Origin: Neophaeotheca triangularis
Taxonomy: Eukaryota
DNA: 64,000 nt
Direction of reading: 5' to 3'
NCBI GenBank assembly: GCA_054600435.1
Contig: BAAIJX010000001.1
Span: 930,001 to 994,000, forward strand
This document shows, piece after piece, positions 1 through 11,567 of the stretch (position 1 is its first letter; each line of letters opens with the position of its first letter). The notes under the pieces were generated by a model that was not told the DNA's origin, ran no database searches, and saw only the letters and a program-made list of their open reading frames with translations. The position numbers were made by a program, and so were the translations under genes.

Positions 1-953
1 CTGGGCGATTGGGGGGAGTTCATCTGACTCGTCTTCGTTTGATAAGTGGAACTCCGGGGCGTCTGGGTTAATCTCCTGTAAGCGGGTTTGCGAGGAAGGG
101 TAGTGTAGGGCTGGGGTTGTCGGTGCCGAGGCCGCCATGGGATCGTCTAGCTCGTTGAGTCGGCTTAAAGTTGTCGCCAGGTGACCGTTATAGAAAGCGT
201 ACGAGTGCATCTTCATAAACAGCGCGAGCAGATGCAGAGTGAAGAAGACTTGCGCAGTCCACGTCCAATCGCGAATAAAAGGCCAGCTGCACCAAAACGT
301 CAGCCAGCCAGCCTGATAGAGGCTTTGCACGACGACACCACCCCTACTCCATGCCAGCATCTTGCTCTTCCTGTATAGTAAATGCAAAGGCAGACTCAAA
401 GCGACACTGCCAGCCATCACAGCATCGCTCGCCGCCAGCTCATAGATGTTCTCGGTAAACAAAGGCCACTGCTTTATGTTGATGATCTTCCCCGTCTCCT
501 TGAGGTTCCGCAAAGACGCCGTGATGGCCATGATGGCCAGCCCGATCCAGAATAAGACGAAGAAGCCCCTGAAATCGCCGTACGTGGAGTTGGGATCGAA
601 GTGCGAGACGCGCGGGCTGTATTCAATTGATGGGAAGATGCGCCGCTTGTTCTTCTGGCGTAGTTCCCTGCGTGCTGCGGACGTTGCTTTGACGGACGGC
701 GGCGCATCTTCAGGTGGTGCTGGCGTGCCTGGGCTGACCTTGCGTTAGTATCAAAAGCAGACCACATTCGCGGCACGTGTGCACAACCTTACCTTGAAGC
801 TGGTACGCTTGCGGCACTGTTGGATGCGCCGGCCTGGGTGTCGTCCTGGTATGCTCGCGCGACATCCGGATTCATGGGTCTCCTGGCACGAGGCATGTGA
901 ATGTTGCCGCTATAGCCATTGCCTTTGGCAATCTCTTTCTCCATGCTGGACAT
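1..953 (-). CDS. ARE2: Sterol O-acyltransferase (ACAT/ARE-type, MBOAT family), 5' part; runs off the left edge
   Basis: ATG at 953 (MSSMEKEIAK...). Intron 792-734 (gtaagg...ctaac...gtcag). Exon 2 translates as SHFDPNSTYGDFRGFFVLFWIGLAIM...WTWTAQVFFTLHLLALFMKMHSYAFYNGHL, the ARE/ACAT signature. The frame stays open to base 1 and is absent from the ORF track. Confidence 0.9.
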
Positions 954-1398
954 GGTCTCTTCTTGAGTGCAGTTGGTGTTCGCGTTGCTTGGGAAAGTCT
1001 CGATCGATCAGAAGATCTTTGGCGTCGGCGCAATGGGTAAGTCTTCTTCTTAGGGCGAAGAGCAGCGACGTAGGTTTTCCATACCAAGAGACAGGAGGTG
1101 GACGGCTTCTTCTGATCGGAGTACGGCGGGAAAATGAAGGCTTGTGACCAAAGTGAAGGTCCAAAAGACCGAGCCTTACAAAAACACGCGACTTGCGACA
1201 CTTGCGACCTCGCGAGGTTCGCGCTTTCTCGGATGACGTCGGATCCTAATAAGATGCGACAACTTGACTTGGAAGGTTTCCAAGGTTGAAACTAGCGACA
1301 TGTTTCATCTTTAATTTCATGGCCTCAGGCATCTCTAAAATCGAAGCAAAGTAGTCCTCCTATAAGCGCCTTGAGGCCATCCCGAATCTAACACGACC

Positions 1399-2873
1399 CT
1401 ATCGCTCGTCTTCGCTCAACTCCAAAGCCCTCCTTCGCCTTCTCAACCAACTGATCGTCGGCGGGTTCACTATCTCATTGAACACTGCAGTCCCCCACAC
1501 AAGGAGGGCGAAACCGACAACCTGCAGCCATTTGAAAGTTTCCCAGCCTAGACCCAGCGAGACAATCCAGATGAACAGTGTTCGACACGTGTCGATTGTG
1601 CTACGCGATGTCGCCGAGATGCTGCGTGTTACGGAGAGGCCAAAAAAGTTGAAGCCACTGTAAAGTCGCTGTCAGTAATGTCAACGCAACAAAACCAGAT
1701 TGATCGAATGACACTCACCCAATCGACACCATAATCAACAAAGAAGTCACGGCGATGGCTCGGTTGTGGAAGACTTGTGAAAAGCCCTCTCGTGCGTCGA
1801 AGATGCCACCTCTGCCCGAATCAGTGCTCCCCTTAACACCATGCAAGATTCCGATGCCAAGCAGCGTCACCAAGAATCCAAATACACCTTCCCACCCAAC
1901 GACCTGTATGGGATCCATGCTGTACTTCTCCATAATGCTCTCCTCGAGCACAAACTGCGTGGCCGTGAAGATTTGCGCTCCAGCGATGAGGAAAACACCC
2001 AGCACTGTCTCAGCCGGCGTGTGCGCCTCAAGGGTCGAGACAGCCTTTCGTACAACCAATAACGCAGGGTGCAGGTCCATCCCATGCTGCGGGTCCGGAA
2101 GAGGATCTCCAGGCAACTCAATAGGCGACGGGTCCTGCTTGTCCAAAGCCCCGGCCAAACCAACAACAGCAACCCCCAAGACCACAATAACCAGACTCCC
2201 CCATTTCCAAGCCCCCAAATGCCTCTTCAAGAAAACAACACTGAACAACCCAACAAACAGCACCAAAGCACCCCTCGTCATCTGATAAATCGAAGCCGCC
2301 ACCAACAATAACCCCACATTCATCAGCGTCGTCCCGCAGATGTCGCACATGGCCGGCAAAGCCAAGAGCGTGACATTCCAGCCCTCTAGCGGTCGTCTCT
2401 CGACAGGATTACCCTCGTTATCGACCAAGCTCTTTGCGACGACATTGGTGGGATCCACGAGCGTCTGCGACGAGCTCAAATCTCCCACGGGCTCGGAGTC
2501 GCTGCTCCCCGGCCGTTCGTCTTCGTCGCTGTCGCGCGTTTCGACCGGTTGGTATGCCGTCTGGTCTGCTGCGCTTCGAGGGGAGGTGCCACGGACACGG
2601 GTGATGAGGTAGGAGAGGAAGACGACGAGCCAGCATCCCGCCTCGCCGATGAACATTTGGAGGGTTTGGATGACAGGTTGTTCGAAAGTTTTGGGTTTGG
2701 AAGTGTCGCAGTCGTGGACGCATTGCATGTCCTAATATTGGTGGTCAGCTTATGATCAGGACTGAGCTAGGCCGTGGACTTCATACCTGATATTTGGTCA
2801 AGAGAGTGTTGCAGACTCCCGTTAGCAGCATCATCCCCACTAGGAAGGGGATCACTGCTTTGCTCGTCGCCAT
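1399..2873 (-). CDS. SLC35F6-like nucleotide-sugar/drug-metabolite transporter, 3 exons
   Basis: Exons 2873-2787, 2731-1719, 1657-1399. Motifs MLLTGVCNTLLTKYQD, FEQPVIQTLQMFIGE, LALPAMCDICGTTLMNVGL, SIYQMTRG, FNFFGLSVTRSISATSRSTIDTCRT. Multiple hydrophobic helices. Confidence 0.88.
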
Positions 2874-3482
2874 GGTTATGAAGTAGGGTGAAGTTGGGGA
2901 GCTGGGAAGCTCCTGTTGTGATGGGTGTTTAGTCGTGTATGTACAGGCTATCTCCCCATGTCGAATCTGAAGAGGAACGATAGTAGTCACGCGAAGGGGG
3001 GCGTAAGGTCAGGTAGTCTTCTCAGGTCAGGTCCGGTCCGGTTGCTTATCTCGAGCAGCTGATATGATGTCTGTCTCGAGTCTCGAGCCCGTGATCGGCA
3101 TTGTCGTATCAATGCGGCTACGGCTGGTCAAACGCCGAGGCAAGGGCCCAAGCTCCTTCCTTGTTTGGCACAAAGGCATCGACGACATCAACACCCGTGG
3201 ACCACTCTCGACCCATCCATGTCAACATTGACGGCAACGAATACAGGTCCGGGACGTGCGGACATCTCGAACACGTGTCGAATTGAGTGTGACATCTCAA
3301 TAATTGCAATGATCCAGGACACGATCAAGTAGGGAAGATGGATGCGACCAGCTCGTCGTTTAGCAGGACTTTATACCGTCTCTTGAGCTGTCTTGGGGAG
3401 GAACGTTTCTTTGTTCTCATTGCGGAACAACACGCGCTGTGACAGAGTTGGAAATCAACAGCTCTTTCAAGAGGCTCCAAAC

Positions 3483-4256
3483 ATGCAACCAGGTCAATTG
3501 ACAGCCACAGAGCGGACATTCGCCACAGCGGAACTGCTGGAAGTCATACTGCTTAAATACCTCGATCATGTCCAAGACATAGACGACCAAGAAGATCCGC
3601 GATCTCCAAGGACTCATCGCAACGCAGAGATCCTTCAAGGCTTGCTCCACTGCTCCCGAGTCAATCGAAGCTGGTACCAAGCCCTGCAAGACTCCGGCCG
3701 ACTGCGACGAGCTCTATACCTCGACCCAGACCACCTCACCACCCGCAGCTGGACACATTACCCGCGTGTCAAGAAATCTGATGCAGGAAACACCCTGGAT
3801 CCGCCGACGACTGCAACATCGACCACGCAAGAAGACCCTCACCAACGCTCTCGCCAAGTTACCCCCCTCCTCAACCCAATAATCCAAACCACTTTTCCAT
3901 CCTTCATGTTCCGCTTCTGGCACCTCAGCCCCGAACATAGCGGCAACAAATTCTGCGCCTATCTGATAATCACCAAACGCGATTCAATCGCCCTAAATCG
4001 CGAAGCGCGCAAGTGCAATGGACAAGGCCGCACGCTCGCGCGCATGCTCCTATCGCAACCGCCTTGTACGGGGCTCGAGGCTACGATCTGGGAAGAGCGC
4101 GATGAGACGAAGGATTATACGGGGCGGACTTGTGAGTTGGCGGAGCCGGTTGTGAGGCGGCAGGAGGGGCTAAGATTAGAGATTGTGCTTGAGTGGGTTG
4201 GGGCGTTGTTTGGAAGGTATCCTGATTTGACTGCTATTAAATTGACTACTTTGTAA
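3483..4256 (+). CDS. Hypothetical protein with F-box-like N-terminus
   Basis: Intronless ORF from ATG 3483. TFATAELLEVILL...LLHCSRVNRSWYQALQDSGRLRRALYL resembles degenerate fungal F-box motifs. Coding-like codon bias. Confidence 0.6.
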   Translation: MQPGQLTATERTFATAELLEVILLKYLDHVQDIDDQEDPRSPRTHRNAEILQGLLHCSRVNRSWYQALQDSGRLRRALYLDPDHLTTRSWTHYPRVKKSDAGNTLDPPTTATSTTQEDPHQRSRQVTPLLNPIIQTTFPSFMFRFWHLSPEHSGNKFCAYLIITKRDSIALNREARKCNGQGRTLARMLLSQPPCTGLEATIWEERDETKDYTGRTCELAEPVVRRQEGLRLEIVLEWVGALFGRYPDLTAIKLTTL

Positions 4257-6285
4257 TGACTTGTGTAATCGATTGCAAGAGGACGGACAGATGAGGATTC
4301 ACCATCGAAGCTGGACTTTGAGTTAAAACGCTCTCGCACAGTCTGAGTTCTCATCGCAAAAGTGCACCGATCGCGGCCGCCTTCTTGACCGAAAAGAGCA
4401 GCGCCCAGCTCTCTAGCGAGAGAGAATGTCTGACGCAAGAAGTACTCGGGTCTACGGTCCAAGCACAGGATGCCTACGACTACACGATCGGACGGGCACC
4501 GGTATTCCATCGTCAAAGGCCACCTACTGTGCCAACCTCCCCGAACCCTCGACTTCTCGGGCGCCGTTCAAGAAGCTCCTCTTGCCACGGAGGCAATACG
4601 AGCAAACCGAGCGAATTTGAATTCGATTGCCTCTGAAATGGCAAATGCGTTGAAGCAAAGGTATGCCATTGGGAGTATAGTTGAAGCGGAGTGTTGAAGA
4701 GTGGGTAGACAGTCGCAATGCGCATAATGTCAGTCGTCCGAAGAAAGATCGCTCTGAATGCCCGAGATCAAGCGTCGAGTTGCTTTGAAGTACCCATACC
4801 AAGTCAATAGTCCCAGGCCATCGAGTCCATGTTATTATTGCCCACCGGGTAAGCAGGCAATCAATCTACCCCTTATCTCGCTGATACTATAGTACTGGAG
4901 CAATAAGCACAGTCTTGAAGGGCCTGCAACAGCCATGTCTCGCTCCCTAAACGCCTTGAGACGGGTACCTCGTCCGGTTCCATACGATTGCGCAAGCATT
5001 GAACGCGTGTAAGACGGGAGCGCTGTCCGTCAGCTGCTTAGCATCCGCTGCCGGTTCCCACAATTTCTTCGAGTTCAATCATTGCCAGGCTGTCTGAAAC
5101 GAGCTTTATGGATCATCAATCGACACGTACGTATTCCTCGAGCTCGGGTGGATTGTTGTCCGAAGACTGGGCATGATGTGGCACTTAGGCTCATGCTGAC
5201 GCCGAAAATTCCACCGTGGGTATGTCAAAAAGCGAAATCGTGGGAGTGTTAGTGTACAGCTGATGTTTGGAATAAGTAGTACCATAGGTGCTTGAAGCAG
5301 CCGGACTTGGTGAACTGGCTGACTGTTTCAACAATAATAATGATGCGAAAACGCGCGCGGGAGATTGGGATGTGATAAGCGACGTGTAATGGGTCGCAGT
5401 ACCTAGGTATTATTATTGCTGATCTCTTGTTGATCTGGATGAGGCATCCCCCCGAGCAATGCCGTTTTCAGGCATCTGTGGGAAGCCAACCCGCTCTGCT
5501 TTCCTAGACACAGTCTACCGTGTACAAGTTACCGTCCATGCTGAAGCTGTCTGTATGCGATGCGATGTGATGCTGGCAAAGAGCTTAGAGGGAGGAGAAA
5601 GTAGAGCAGAGTGACAAGCTTTTGTGACTGACCGCCGAACAGGGGAGCTGTTTGGTGAGTGACAAGTGCTCGTAGTAGAGAGGGAGTCGGTCAGAGGAGC
5701 TTAAGGTTGTCTGCCTCGCGTTCACAGGCAAGGCGACGGCGTGACGGGCCTAGGTTACGGGGATGCTACATCAAGATTTAACGGGCGCCGTGCGTCCATG
5801 TATCGGCGGGGGGAGGGTTTTGTTTTTCGAGGGGCTGCCGCGGGAGCAAACACGACCAATGGCCCAATGGGGCCGTAGCTGTGATCACTGATTGGGTGTC
5901 TGCTGTCTGGTGATTGGGCGGTAGGTTTACGACAAAATAATTATAACGAAAAGGGAAAAAAAAAAGGGAAAAAAGGAAACAAAGAGATCGACGCTGATGC
6001 AGACCGTTGAAAGCGCACGTGTTGAGGGAAAAGATGGTCCGATGTACAGTATGCGTAGACCGAAGGGCCAGTAAAATTGACAGAATGATGCAGGTTGAGT
6101 GGGACCGGTGAGAGAGAGGAAGAGAGAGTCCATACATTTAGGGCAACGACGGTAAGGCGGGAAAACTTGTAAAAGTTGTGAGATGATAGGTGATCGACTG
6201 CAGAAAGACTGCGCAAGGACAACCATCTATTAACCAACCCAAGTCTAACGGCCCAACTCCCGTAGGTACCTTACCTTACCTAGGG

Positions 6286-6303
6286 TCTCTCTCTCTCTCT
6301 CTC
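6286..6303. repeat. (CT)n microsatellite upstream of the MAPKK
   Basis: Pure tctctc... run; (ACT)n and (CAC)n tracts follow at about 6415-6440. Confidence 0.8.
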
Positions 6304-7046
6304 TAGTATCTCTGAGAGTCTCGGCGGTTCACCAATCACCAGCGCTTGGGGCGTCATGTCACTACTAGGCAGACTACTAGTAACCTTTTAACTAGTTAGC
6401 ACAGTGTTGTTATACACCACCACCACTACTACTACTACTACACCTCTCCACCTCACACTTTCTCCCTCGCAGGCAACAGAGATAGGTTACTACCTACCGC
6501 CAGCACCACCACCGATCGAGACGCTTTCCAATCCTTCCAACATCCTCCCATAGACTAACGAAGCGTACGGCTTTATGACATGACATGACATGACCTGACA
6601 CCCACCTGCACCTGGGCACCTTGAGATTCCACGGCGCCAATACTCCCCTCCCTCTCGTTCAACACACCCTTGTGGTCAATTGACCACATCGACCTTAGAC
6701 ACAGCGTTTCAGACAGCGAGGAACCTCGTCTTCACCATCAACCAGTACAAAGTGCATGCCGTAGCAGCAAAAGCAGTGGCAGTGACTCGGTTCGCGACAT
6801 ACATGCACGCATGCCGAGCGACCCTACGTGCATGGCTGCAGCGCGAGGCTTGATCACACCCTTCTTGATACACACTCGCTAGTTATCTGACCTCCATCTC
6901 TCGACTCAGAGCTGTGGTGAGAGAGCTGCTCTGGTGGAGAAACACGTCTACTCGATCCAACACCTACACCGCCGCCCACCGTGGCAGCACCACAAGACCA
7001 GGAGCTGCGGCCTCCCGGGGCCGTGGATCCGCGGTCTCACGTCGAC

Positions 7047-8651
7047 ATGTCGTCCCCAGCGCCTATGCTACGACCACCGATACCAGGCCAACGCCAGCAA
7101 TCGCGAGGGAAAGTGCCGAGCCTCGGCCTCGCCATTCCGGCCTCCCCTAACCAAAGACCCGTCAACAGCAATGCCGCGCCTCCGTTAGCAGCAGCACCCA
7201 TGCCACCACTCTCGATACCGGCCCGGCAGCAGGCTCTGCCGAAGCTGAGTTTGAAGACGCCAATGGGCACACATGCGACGCCGCAAGAAAACACGCACGT
7301 AGGGGCAGCGAGGAAAGTGCCCAGTCTGGGACTACAAATAGGTGCGGCTTCCACTGGTGGTGGGAGCAGTGACGAAAGTGCTGGCGGTAACAAAGCGGGT
7401 GGGTCAGTGTCGACAAACTCGTCGTACGACTATGTCCGCGAGATACTGGGCAACCCCAGCGATCCCGAATCGGCGTACAGCTCGGCTTCGGCACATTCGA
7501 TAGGAATGGAGAGGGAAAATAGTATGCAGAGTCAGAACTTCCTGCCGGATCTGGAAAAACTCAGTCTGGAAAAGGGGAGACCTTTAGACGTGCACGACCT
7601 GGACGATACAGGCTGGAAGGCTGCGAGCAAAGAAGGGAGGATCATAGAGCTGGGCAGTCTAGGCGAAGGTGCAGGTGGTGCAGTGACTCGGTGCAAATTG
7701 CAGGACGGCAAGACCGTCTTTGCGCTCAAGGTATGTTCACCGCATCACCTTCTCAGCAAGTCATTCCGCTAAATGAACGTCGTATTCAGATCATTACCAC
7801 GGATCCGAACCCCGATGTCAAGAAGCAGATAGTGCGCGAATTATCTTTCAACAAAAGCTGCGCCAGTACGCACATATGCGAATACTACGGCGCCTTCATG
7901 GACGACACACACGGCACCATAGGCATCAGCATGGAGTTTTGCGAAGGAGGTAGTCTGGATAGCATCTACCGGGAAGTGAAGAAGCTCGGCGGTCGAACAG
8001 GGGAGAAGGTGCTAGGCAAGATTGCAGAAGGGGTACTACACGGCCTGACTTACCTCCACAGCCACCGCATCATCCACCGCGACATCAAGCCCTCCAATAT
8101 TCTACTCACGCGAAAGGGCGAGGTTAAGCTCTGCGATTTTGGTGTCTCGGGCGAGTTCGGAACAAAGGGCGACGCCAACACTTTCATCGGGACTTCCTAT
8201 TACATGGCACCTGAGCGCATCACGGGGCAGAGTTATACCATCACAAGCGATGTGTGGAGTCTAGGCGTGACGTTGCTGGAAGTTGCGCAACATCGCTTTC
8301 CTTTTCCAGCTGATGGGACGGAGATGCAACCCAGAGCGGGTTTGATCGACCTCCTGACATACATCGTCCGGCAGCCGATACCGAAGCTCAAGGACGAGCC
8401 GGAGGAGAACATCAAGTGGAGCGAGGGTTTCAAGTACTTTATCGAGTGCTGGTGAGTTTTATTTAGTCTCCAACGCGTCGCTGCCCCGATTTTGTGGATG
8501 GTGTTGCTAATGTCTGTGTCACTGCAGTCTCGAGAAGGAATCGACTCGCCGCGCTACACCGTGGAGAATGCTGGAGCACCCCTGGATCAGTCCGCCGAAG
8601 AGAGTCAACATGGAACATTTCCTGCGCAAGGTGTGGGAATGGCAGGAGTAA
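7047..8651 (+). CDS. MKK1: MAP kinase kinase of the cell-wall-integrity pathway (Mkk1/Mkk2/Pek1 type), 3 exons
   Basis: Exons 7047-7730, 7790-8451, 8528-8651. Kinase motifs [57 protein letters not shown]. Pro-rich N-terminus. Confidence 0.93.
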
Positions 8652-10285
8652 CATGGAACAGAGATACGGTGGTGGCTGAAGAGTCAGTGTTCAATCGCCA
8701 CCAACACGATGGCATGGGTTCGGAAGTGAGATCCTCTGCGGCAGCGTAACGAAGAGTCAGCATTAATTGGCTGCAGATGAGGCGAGAAACGTCTTTACAA
8801 CTGAAGACAAGGAGGGAGCTCGAATGGCCATCGCTCGGTCGCTGAAGGAGGTGCACGTCGAGCCCACTACCACAATATGGGCTCGCTTACTGGCCACGGC
8901 CTGCTTGCGCTCTTGCTTCCCGGTGCCTCGAGTACTGCGTGACGTTGGCGCCGTAGAGATCGTTGCTTCTATGGGCTTGTAGCTAGTAACGGAACGGCTG
9001 TTGAACAGCGAAAGAACGACCTGCGCACGTTCCGGCGCAACCGCCGCATACTATGCTATAGGTATGCTATGCTATGCCACGACGTTTCGAGCTGTTGATT
9101 ACTGGAGGCGAAGGCGATAGGCGCGTGCGTTACGTCGTCGCGCTCGTGATACTTTCCCACGTGGTCGCTCTGACATCGCCTCTTCTTGTAGGCCTCCTTG
9201 AACCAATCATCCCCAAAAGAACGATGAAATAGCCATATCGTCGAGCGGACGTGTGCAGTCCTGTTTCAATCTCCATCGAAGCCCATGTAGAGTCGAATCC
9301 GCAATTCCCAGCACCAAACACTGCTCGCTCCAAGTGATTCAAGAGGGGAGACCGAGCCTGTCGCAACACCCGACGACAGCTCTCGCGGGAAGAAAGAGTC
9401 CAAATGGACGGAAACGTCGGCATCATCGCCCCGTTCTACTAATCGGCTGTTCAAGGAGGCATCCTACAGTCTCACGGTGCTAACAACTTTAGCACCGCGA
9501 ACCGGGCGCGCACGCGACCGGCCGGCAATTCCAGCATTCCTCTCGGACGAAGAATTGCTAGTGCTGCGTGATGGTCGCGGTGAGTCGTGGCGGGAGAGTC
9601 GGCGGCCATGGTTTTTCATGATGGTCTTGTGTTGGTCACACCTAGCCGGTTGGGCGTGGGCGTGTTGGGCTGACTCGCGCTTCCGTGGGACACTACTCCG
9701 CTACGCCGCGGATGGAGACGCAGGCCGGGCAGAGGGGCTGGTCGTAGTTCGTTCCGTCGGCGAGCTGAAGGAATACGATATGTCTAAGCCGGAACCGATC
9801 GGTCGGGCGGTGGATATAAATGTTCCATGTTTTGTTGGATCAGCATGAGCTCAGCGGAGCCCCATCATCGTCCAAGACGGCGGATTGCTAGGCTGAATCA
9901 TGGTGTGGGGATGGAGGCGGAGCGTCGCACATGCCGAGAAGTTCTGTCTTCCAAGTGTCGTGGGCTGACTCGATGGATTCACGTGGATTGTCGAGATTGT
10001 TACCGCCATCGAAGATGATTTGCGTTGGCGAGCATTGGCGGCTACAAGCTGGGCGATTCCTACGCGCCGCGTCGCTTGGCTCCGTTTGATGTCTTACCTC
10101 ATCTCCTCCCGAAGGTACATAGTTAATAAGCTGCGTGTGGGACTCGCGTTCATGGTAGGATCTTTCAAACGTTGCTGTGTTCGTCGGCTAGTCCCCTCTG
10201 TCGTTGTTTACATTCGCTCGCAAAGTACCCTTCTATCACTAAATAGCAACGTCGCGAACCCCGCCGCGAATCACTACCAGCAACC

Positions 10286-11302
10286 ATGCACGCCTACACT
10301 GCACTCGTTGCCGCCGGCCTCAGCGCCGTCCAGGCGCTCCCTCAAGAGCCAGCCCCAGGCGACGGCGTCTTTGCTGACACACCCACCCCTACCGATGTCG
10401 AATCACTCTTCTCAGCCGGTGTCGAGCAAATCGACAGCTACGTCTCCTCGGCCGTCGAACCCGCCATTACCACCTGGGCCCCAGCCGCCCTGGACCAACT
10501 GCAAAGCCTCATCGTCTCGATCGCCCCCTCAGCCCAAGTCTCCGACATCGAATCGGTCGCCTCTTCTGCCCTCGCCTCCGGCCAACCCCTCAGCTCCTCC
10601 CTCCAAGCCTACCAAGCTGCCATCGAGAACTTCGCAAGCTCCTACGGCGGCGCCCTGAACTTCGGCCCCGGCCAGCTCTCCCAACTGCCCGCTGCCATTA
10701 CCTCCCTCACCGACCAATACCTCACCCTGGGCATCGGCTACATCAACGCCCTGCCCGGCTCCTGGTACCTCAGCGACCTCCCGGCCCAAGTCTCCGCGGG
10801 CCTGCCCACCCTGATCCCCGAAGCCCAAACCGCCATCATGTCCGCCGTCAGCAGCCTCTCCTCGGCCCAAGAGCCCATGATCCAATCCTTCGTAGCTTCC
10901 GCCCAAGTCTCCGCCGGCGTGCCCGAGGAATCCTACATCGCCGCGCTCGTGTCCTACGCCGACACGGCCTCCTCGGCCGTCGACTCCGCGCTTGCGGACC
11001 CGCAAGCCTGGCTCGCGGCAGCCACCGCTACCGCTTACGCCGCCGCAGAGACGGCCACCAGCGTGGCTTCGGGGTACCAAACCGAGTACATTGGCGGCGC
11101 GGAAAGCACGGTGACGGCCACCAGCGCGACCGCTGGGTACCAGACCGAGTACATCGGCGGCTCGGAAACCACGGCCAATGCCACGACGCCTACGGTTTCC
11201 GCACCCCCGCAGGAGTTCGAGGGCGGCGCTGCCTCGGATAGGAGCTTGGGTACTGGGGTGTTTGGCGTCTTGGCCATGGTTGCTGGGGTTTTGATGTTGT
11301 AG
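10286..11302 (+). CDS. Secreted, probably GPI-anchored Ala/Ser/Thr-rich cell-wall protein
   Basis: Signal peptide MHAYTALVAAGLSAVQALP. C-terminus EFEGGAA plus hydrophobic tail GVFGVLAMVAGVLML. Strong C-ending codon bias; intronless. Confidence 0.8.
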   Translation: MHAYTALVAAGLSAVQALPQEPAPGDGVFADTPTPTDVESLFSAGVEQIDSYVSSAVEPAITTWAPAALDQLQSLIVSIAPSAQVSDIESVASSALASGQPLSSSLQAYQAAIENFASSYGGALNFGPGQLSQLPAAITSLTDQYLTLGIGYINALPGSWYLSDLPAQVSAGLPTLIPEAQTAIMSAVSSLSSAQEPMIQSFVASAQVSAGVPEESYIAALVSYADTASSAVDSALADPQAWLAAATATAYAAAETATSVASGYQTEYIGGAESTVTATSATAGYQTEYIGGSETTANATTPTVSAPPQEFEGGAASDRSLGTGVFGVLAMVAGVLML

Positions 11303-11567
11303 AGATCTTGCATGGTGGGCTGTCTCGTCGTGCTGGTGAATAGTGGATGTTGGGTCAGTGGGGCTAATTAATGTTTATACGGATTTTAACGAAGCTACGG
11401 CTGATGCAGCATTGACTGTGTGTTGTGATAAGTGCAGTGATGGATAGCGCGTAATAGGGGTTTGATGTGTTGGACAAATGTTCTCAAGTCAAATGCATTG
11501 TGAGAGGTATCTACGCAGCGTAATGGACAGTACCTTATTATACACGACAGCTCCAGCCACCACGACC

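Noticed and set aside
4385..5100. Short overlapping ORFs that could be a decayed gene
   Set aside because: No recognisable family; cannot be supported without a search
9130..10018. Several 60-120 aa ORFs between the MAPKK and the GPI protein
   Set aside because: No motifs, no codon bias and no consistent splice model
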